DNA from: an uncultured bacterium
Lineage (GTDB): Bacteria; Margulisbacteria; WOR-1; CAVSGV01
Reading direction: 5' to 3'
DNA length: 64,000 nucleotides
NCBI GenBank assembly: GCA_963768305.1
Contig: CAVYHE010000009.1
Location: 1 to 64,000, forward strand
Shown here: positions 57,693-64,000 of the stretch, one piece after another
Layout of the letters: the number at the start of each line of letters is the position of its first letter
How positions within the stretch are numbered: the stretch's first letter is position 1
Notes under the pieces: model-generated
What the model saw: the letters and a program-made list of their open reading frames with translations, nothing else
Database searches by the model: none
What the model was told of the DNA's origin: nothing
Program-made: the position numbers and the translations under genes

Positions 57693-58869
57693 TCAGCTTT
57701 CCTTCCATGTCCCTTTTTTCGGGGTCAAAGTACCTGTTGAAGTGAATCCCGTTGGTACTGAGCCAGGAAATGCTGTTGGGTCCCAGGTGACGCTTGCGTT
57801 GCCCGAAAAGGAGGAGAAGTCATGGGCAACAATAGCTCCGGTAATGACAGGGTTGCCGCTGACAATTGACGCGCCTCCTCCGGCAAATATCAGTCCCGAT
57901 ACGTTCATATTCCCGGTCAAACTTACGGGGCCTGTTGTCAGCATGCTCCCGACCTGAACCCTTGTGTTGCCTGAAACATTGATATTGGAAGCGCTGTAAA
58001 AATTCGCGCCGGGGGCATTAGTATTTCCGCTTATCAAAACCTGCCCGTTGGAAATAAAAGTTACAGAACCGTTCGATGTTGTTGTGTTCCCTGATTGGTT
58101 TATTGTCCCCGTCGCGACGATCGTGCCGCCTCCTACAATAGTGGTATTTCCGGAAATAGTGACATTCCCTTTCACATAAATCGTTTGCCCGTTCAAGGGA
58201 TAATTGCTGTTGCCGGAAATAGTAAGGCCCGAGATCCCGTTAGTTTGAGCATAAGCGATCTGGCTGGTATAAGAAGAAGAATCAAATGTCGGCATGGACT
58301 CAGCGGCCACTACTTCAGAAGTTACGTGGGCGCCTGTAACGGTGGTGCCGGCAGGATGCTGGACATCTCCGTTTATTACTTGACAGTTACTACCAAATGT
58401 CGTGTTCCCTGACACGTAAACATCCCCGTTGATCCAGACATTTCCGGTGAAATTCTCTGCGCTGCCGGAAAACACCCCGTAGTTAAAAGCAAAAGGATAA
58501 CTCCCTCCCTTTGTTACAACTTGAGAAACCGTCCTTGTTATCCCGTTCACTTCGCCGGTCGAAATGATGAATGCCTCGTTCGCAGTTGACGGATTTACTA
58601 CCGTCAGGTAATAACCTCCGCCGCCAAAGGCCTCATAAAAGTTCGTAACCGCCCAGTCCGGGCCCTTTCCGTTGGGCAACCGCCGTTCCCAGATACCAGA
58701 TCGCCTTATGCAAGCCGGCGTCAGCAATATAGAACGCCTGCGCCTCGTTCACTCTTGAATTCGAATCGGTCAACCTTACTGCCACAAGCTGAATAAAAAT
58801 CAATATCAGCGCGCTCAATGAGACCACCACAATGAAAGTAATGAGCAGATTGCCTTTGCTTTTTTTCAT
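57693..58869 (-). CDS. PilX-like minor pilin N-terminus plus beta-helical (ISGN repeat) body, frameshift near 58680
   Basis: MKKSKG|NLL..hydrophobic helix..QAFYIADAGL..A; repeated V/I-S-G-N; ends TWKES. Confidence 0.7.
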
Positions 58870-58890
58870 GACCCCTCTCCTTAAATCAGA

Positions 58891-61436
58891 TCAAAACAGA
58901 TTGATCTGGTCCTGAACTTGGTCGATCGGCTTAGTTCTCTTCGCTTGAACGGATATTCTATTCTTTCTCTCTGACTTTGCAACATCGTTCTCCACCATTT
59001 CCAGTGTCCCGTAAATTTCTTTCGCACGGGACACTACCTCATCCGGAAGCCCGGCGAGCTTTGCAACCTCTATCCCGTACGACTGGTCTGCGGGCCCATC
59101 GATCATCCTGTGAAAAAATATCACCCTGTCGCCCTCTTTTTTCACGAGCGTGCTAAGGTTCTTCATCCCCTTATGCTTGTCGGCAAGCTGGGTTATCTCG
59201 TGATAATGCGTGGCAAAAAGAGTGAACGCTTTTATTTTTGTGTGGATATATTCGGCAACTGAAGCCGCGATGGACATGCCGTCAAAAGTGGATGTCCCGC
59301 GCCCTATTTCGTCCAGTATTATCAAGCTTCTCGAGGTCGCGTTGTTGATGATGTTCGCGGTCTCGGTCATCTCCACCATAAAAGTGGATTGGCCGGAAAA
59401 AATATCATCCATAGCGCCTATCCTCGTGAATACCCTGTCAATCAAGGGTAATCCGGCGGAAGCCGCCGGCACGAACGACCCTATCTGCGCCATCAGGCAG
59501 ATCATCGCTACCTGGCGCATGTAAGTGGACTTGCCCGCCATGTTCGGCCCTGTTATGAGCAAAAATCTGCTGCTTTCAAGGTCCATGTCCGTGTCATTCG
59601 GAACGAACATGTTCTCGCCCAGGGTCGCCTCCACTACGGGATGTCGCCCTTTTGATAATACTTATCCCGCACTTATCTTTAATGGCCGGCCTGACATATT
59701 TTCTTTCGGCGGCAACTGTCGCGAAAGAAAGCAGGACATCCAGTTCCGCCAGGCCTCGGCGATCAGCTGAAGTTCTTTGAACATGGACCGATATACCTGC
59801 TTGCGCACATCGATGAATATCTGATATTCCAGGTCCTGCATCTTTTCTTCGGCGTTCAATATGAGGGCTTCTCTTTCCTTGAGCGAAGGAGTAATGAACC
59901 TTTCGCAATTGACCAGCGTCTGCTTCCTGATGTAATCCTCCGGAACGGAAGCAAGATTCGCCTTTGATACTTCTATGTAATATCCAAACACAGAAGTGAA
60001 ACCTACTTTCAATGATTTGATTCCCGGTGCGCTGTCGCTCTTTTATCTCCAGCTCGGATATCCATTCCTTGTTCCCTTTTGTCATGTCTTTTAATTTATC
60101 CAGCTCTTCATTGAATCCTTTTTTTATCAGCCCGCCTTCGGTCAATGTATGCGGCGGATCAGATTCGATCGCTTTTTCGATCAGATCGATGACCTCGGCA
60201 GGTTCATCAAGATTTTTGACTTTTTCGATCTCCCCGGAACTGCATTTCTTTAAAGCTGATTTTATCCCGGCCAGATACTTAAGCGAACTTTTCAGCGCGA
60301 CAACGTCCCTGGCATTTGCCGCCTGTGAGGCGACTTTTCCTGTCAGCCTTTCGATGTCAGAAATTTCCGCAAGTGACCTTGAAAGCTCCTCTCTTAACAT
60401 CAATCTTTTGATAATTCATCCACCGCATCAAGCCGCAAATTTATTCCATCCGGATCGAGCAGCGGCCGGGATATCCATTTTTTTAAAAGCCTGCTCCCCA
60501 TGACGGTGGAAGCGCGGTCCAAGCACCCAGACAAGGCTTCCTTTTTCCGGACCTGTCCCTGACGGTAGAAAATAATTCGAGGTTCCTTCTTGTGGATGAA
60601 TCAATGTACATGAAATCCCCGGAAGAATATGTTTGAATTTTATTGATATGATCAAGTGCGCCTTTTTGCGTAGTTTTTAAATAATCGATCACCGCGACAG
60701 CGGCTCCTAAAGCGGATTTAAAGCCGGATAAGCCGAAACTATCAAGCGAGGCGATCTTGAAATGCTCTTTCAATCTTTTTGCGGCGATATCAGCATCGTA
60801 AGTATCTTTATATATCGATACTGAATATCCCGCTGACCTTAATTCATCGGCAATGTTCTTTGATCCGTCAGTGACCATATCCGGAAAAAGAATTTCGGAA
60901 GGCGAAATTCTTTTTATTTCCTCCAGAAGTTCTCCCGCGCCATCCGCGATCGAAATGGATGTCGCCTTGAACTCCCCCGTGGTCGCGTCAATGTATGCGA
61001 CGCCGGCATCATTTTTCTGGAAAGATAATGCGAGAAGAAAATTGCTGGACCTTTCGTCCAGCATCCTGCTCTCCTGCACTGTCCCGGGTGTTATCACTTT
61101 CACTACCTCGCGTTTAACTATCCCCTTTGCGTCCTTCGGGTCCTCCACTTGATCGCAGATCGCGACCTTGTAACCTTTGCTGAGAAGTTTTGCTATATAA
61201 TTATCGGCCGCGTGGTAGGGCACTCCGCACATCGGCATCCTTTTATCTCCTTCGCCCCTCCCCGTCAGCGTCAGCTCCAGTTCCTTTGAAGCGACCTTAG
61301 CGTCGTCATAGAACATCTCATAGAAATCTCCCAATCTGAAGAAAAGAATGGCATCCCGGCAACGGGATTTGATGTCTTGATACTGCCTTATCATGGGGGT
61401 ATTTGCCTCGGGAGCATTCATAACCGTAATCGTCAC
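58891..61436 (-). CDS. mutS: DNA mismatch repair protein MutS, several frameshifts as assembled
   Basis: [75 protein letters not shown]. Confidence 0.95.
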
Positions 61437-61439
61437 CCC

Positions 61440-63823
61440 TTAGTTTTTTGGCGGGGATCCGCTATTTTCTTACCTTAACGCCCAGTTTCCCTGCAAGACG
61501 GTCTGATATCTCGGCGTGTTTCAAATTGACCTCATTATCAGTCAAAGTTTTAGCCGGATCTCGATAAGTTATCGAATACGCAAGGCTATAGAACCCTTTT
61601 TCTATCTGCCCGCCTTCATATTTATCGAACAATGTTATATCCTCTATCAGGCTGCCGCCTGCTGTTTTGATCTCATTGATTATCGAACTGTTCGTTAATC
61701 CCGTTCGGTACCATCATAGCAATGTCCCTTTTCACCGCAGGGAACGAAGGAATATCTTGATATTTTGGCGGAAGCTTTTTGATATTCAATATCTCATCAA
61801 GATCAAGCGATATGACATTGATAGGTTTGTCCGCTCCCAGGGCCGACGCGATGTTCGGGTGAACTTCGCCGAACATCCCGATCAATTTTTCGTTCTTATA
61901 TATCGCCGCCGATTTTCCCGGATGATACCCCGCGGCCGAATTTTCCCTGATATCGAATTTCACGCCGAGATAATCCAGGACATCTTCAAGGATCTTTTTG
62001 ATCTGGAAGAATTTTGAGCTGTCCTTCGCGCCGTCATATTGATAGATCCTTTTCCCAAAAAAGACCGCGCCGAGTTCGTTCTTTTCAACAATCTTCCCTG
62101 AATTTTTAAAAAAGATCTTATTGATCTCAAAAATATTCACATCGTCCATCTGGCGGTTAATATTGAACATCAGGACCTTAAGCAGACTGGAAACTATCGA
62201 TCGCCTCATCACCGAAAGTTCTTCTGAGATCGGATTCAATATCTTTATCAGATCGCCGCGCGGCGCCCCGATCTCGACTGCGTTCACCGGCAGCATTGAA
62301 TACGTGACGGCCTCGCTTAAACCAGCATCGATCAGTATCGTTTTAATCCTTTTTATCTGATCATTTGAAATACTGTTTGAACTTTTAATTTTCAAATTCG
62401 GGAGAGTAACGGGTATTTTTTCATAACCGTATATTCTGGCGATCTCTTCAATAAGATCGATCTCTCTTTCTATGTCGCCGGCCCTGAAAAGAGGCACTTC
62501 AACTATCGATCCTTTCATTTTAAATCCTAAACGGTTCAGGATCGTTTTTATCTCGCCGATCTTTATTTTCGTTCCCAGAATATCATTCACTCTTTTAACG
62601 CGCAGTTTTATTGTTTTTGGTCTTCTGTCTTTAGCTTTAATATCGATCTTGCCGGTAAGTATTTTCCCGCCCGATAGTTCGGAGATCAATCCGGCAGCCC
62701 TGTCCAGCGCCGTCCCGACCATCTTCCAATCAACGCCTCTATCAAAACGCGCCGACGCTTCCGTCCTTAATTTCAATTTTTCCTCGGCTTTGTGGATCGT
62801 CTTCGGCTCAAAGTAAGCCGACTCAAGAAGGATATCTTTTGTCGAATCTACCACTTCCGTGTTCGCCCCTCCCATCACGCCGGCTATGGCAACGGCTTTT
62901 TCCGCGTCGGCGATAACGAGGCATCCGTCGATCTCTCTTTTTTCACCGTCGATCGTGGTCATTTTTTCGCCTTTAACAGCTTTCCTGACGATTAGAGTTT
63001 TATTTTTCAGCATATTCAGGTCAAAAGCATGGAGAGGCTGCCCCATCTCTAGAAGTACATAATTCGTGATATCCACGACATTATTGACCGGGCGCATCCC
63101 GCATGCGGTCAGTCTTTCCTGCATCCATTCCGGCGACGGCTTGATCGAAACCCCTTTTATTATCCTGGCCATATAACGCGGGCACAGATCTTTATCTTTT
63201 ACAGATATTTTGACTGCCGATCCGGCGGGACCGGCGGTTTCTTTGACCTTTACGGCGGGTATGCTGATCTTTTTGTCCAGTATCGCCGAGATTTCCCTCG
63301 CGACGCCTATTATGGACAGAACATCTATCCTGTTGGGAAGTACGTCAATATCAAGGACTGCACCGCCTATGCCAAGGACTTTCCTGACGTCCTCGCCGAC
63401 AGCGGTATCCTTATCAAGTATTATTATGCCTTCCGCGCTGTCGGCAAGTCCCAGCTCGACTTTCGAACAAAGCATTCCGAATGATTCAACCCCGTGAAGC
63501 TCCCTGTTCTGGATCTTGATGCCGGACGGCAAAGTCGCGCCATGAAGAGCGACCGGGACTTTGTCACCGATTTTCAAATTTTGCGCTTTAGTGACGATCT
63601 GAAGTATCTTCATGCCGGTATCCACCTGGCAGATCAGGATATCCGGTTTAGTGGCGTGGCGCTCCATCGCTTTTATTTTTCCGACGACCACGTCGGAAAT
63701 GTTCTTCCCGTGATATTCTATTGCGCCGACCTCCAACCCGGACATTGTTATCCTATCCGCGAGTGCTTCCGGCTTCAGATCAAATTTCACAAATTCTTTC
63801 AGCCATTGCAAAGGTGCTTTCAT
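61440..63823 (-). CDS. pheT: Phenylalanyl-tRNA synthetase beta subunit, frameshifts in the anticodon-binding domain near 61685
   Basis: WLKEFV, GMLCS, PNR.D, NNVVDITNYV, GQPLHAFD, RFDRG, DLIEEIARIYGY, RDIA. Confidence 0.95.

Positions 63824-64000
<177 letters not shown>

Noticed and set aside
58891..61436. True mutS inactivation causing a mutator phenotype
   Set aside because: The same indel type breaks essential tyrS and pheT, so consensus error is the simpler explanation.

Overview
Bacterial chromosomal window. The gene mix (CIRCE-controlled groES/EL, CdaA, SLH domain, PdxJ, DUF4912/DUF1957 glycogen genes) suggests a Terrabacteria lineage such as Saganbacteria/Margulisbacteria; this is a tentative inference only. 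Housekeeping blocks (1-5.2 kb; 26.5-64 kb) encode groES, ROK kinase, hisH/hisA, GTP-PEPCK, rpiB, pdxJ (fused to an SLH protein), ispF, tyrS, aroB/K, tRNA-Arg(CCT), panB, cdaA, lysA, cimA, pta, pmbA, leuA, a glycogen operon built on three GH57 enzymes, mutS and pheS/T. Many of these carry single-base indels, including essential tyrS and pheT, which points to assembly error rather than gene decay. The notable part is a ~21-kb minus-strand island (5.2-26.5 kb) of unassigned genes. Six of its transcription units share an exactly spaced sigma-28-like promoter, TGCAAGTTT-N14-CGA(T/A). The island encodes a probable single ~3,350-aa protein with an N-terminal transglutaminase-like Cys-His-Asp domain and five tandem translocator-like modules, two small proteins with needle/flagellar-axial-type C-terminal helices, and several coiled-coil proteins with no Sec signals. 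It is a candidate undescribed extracellular apparatus exported by a type III/flagellar-type pathway. No export machinery or sigma factor gene lies in this window, so that interpretation is inference.
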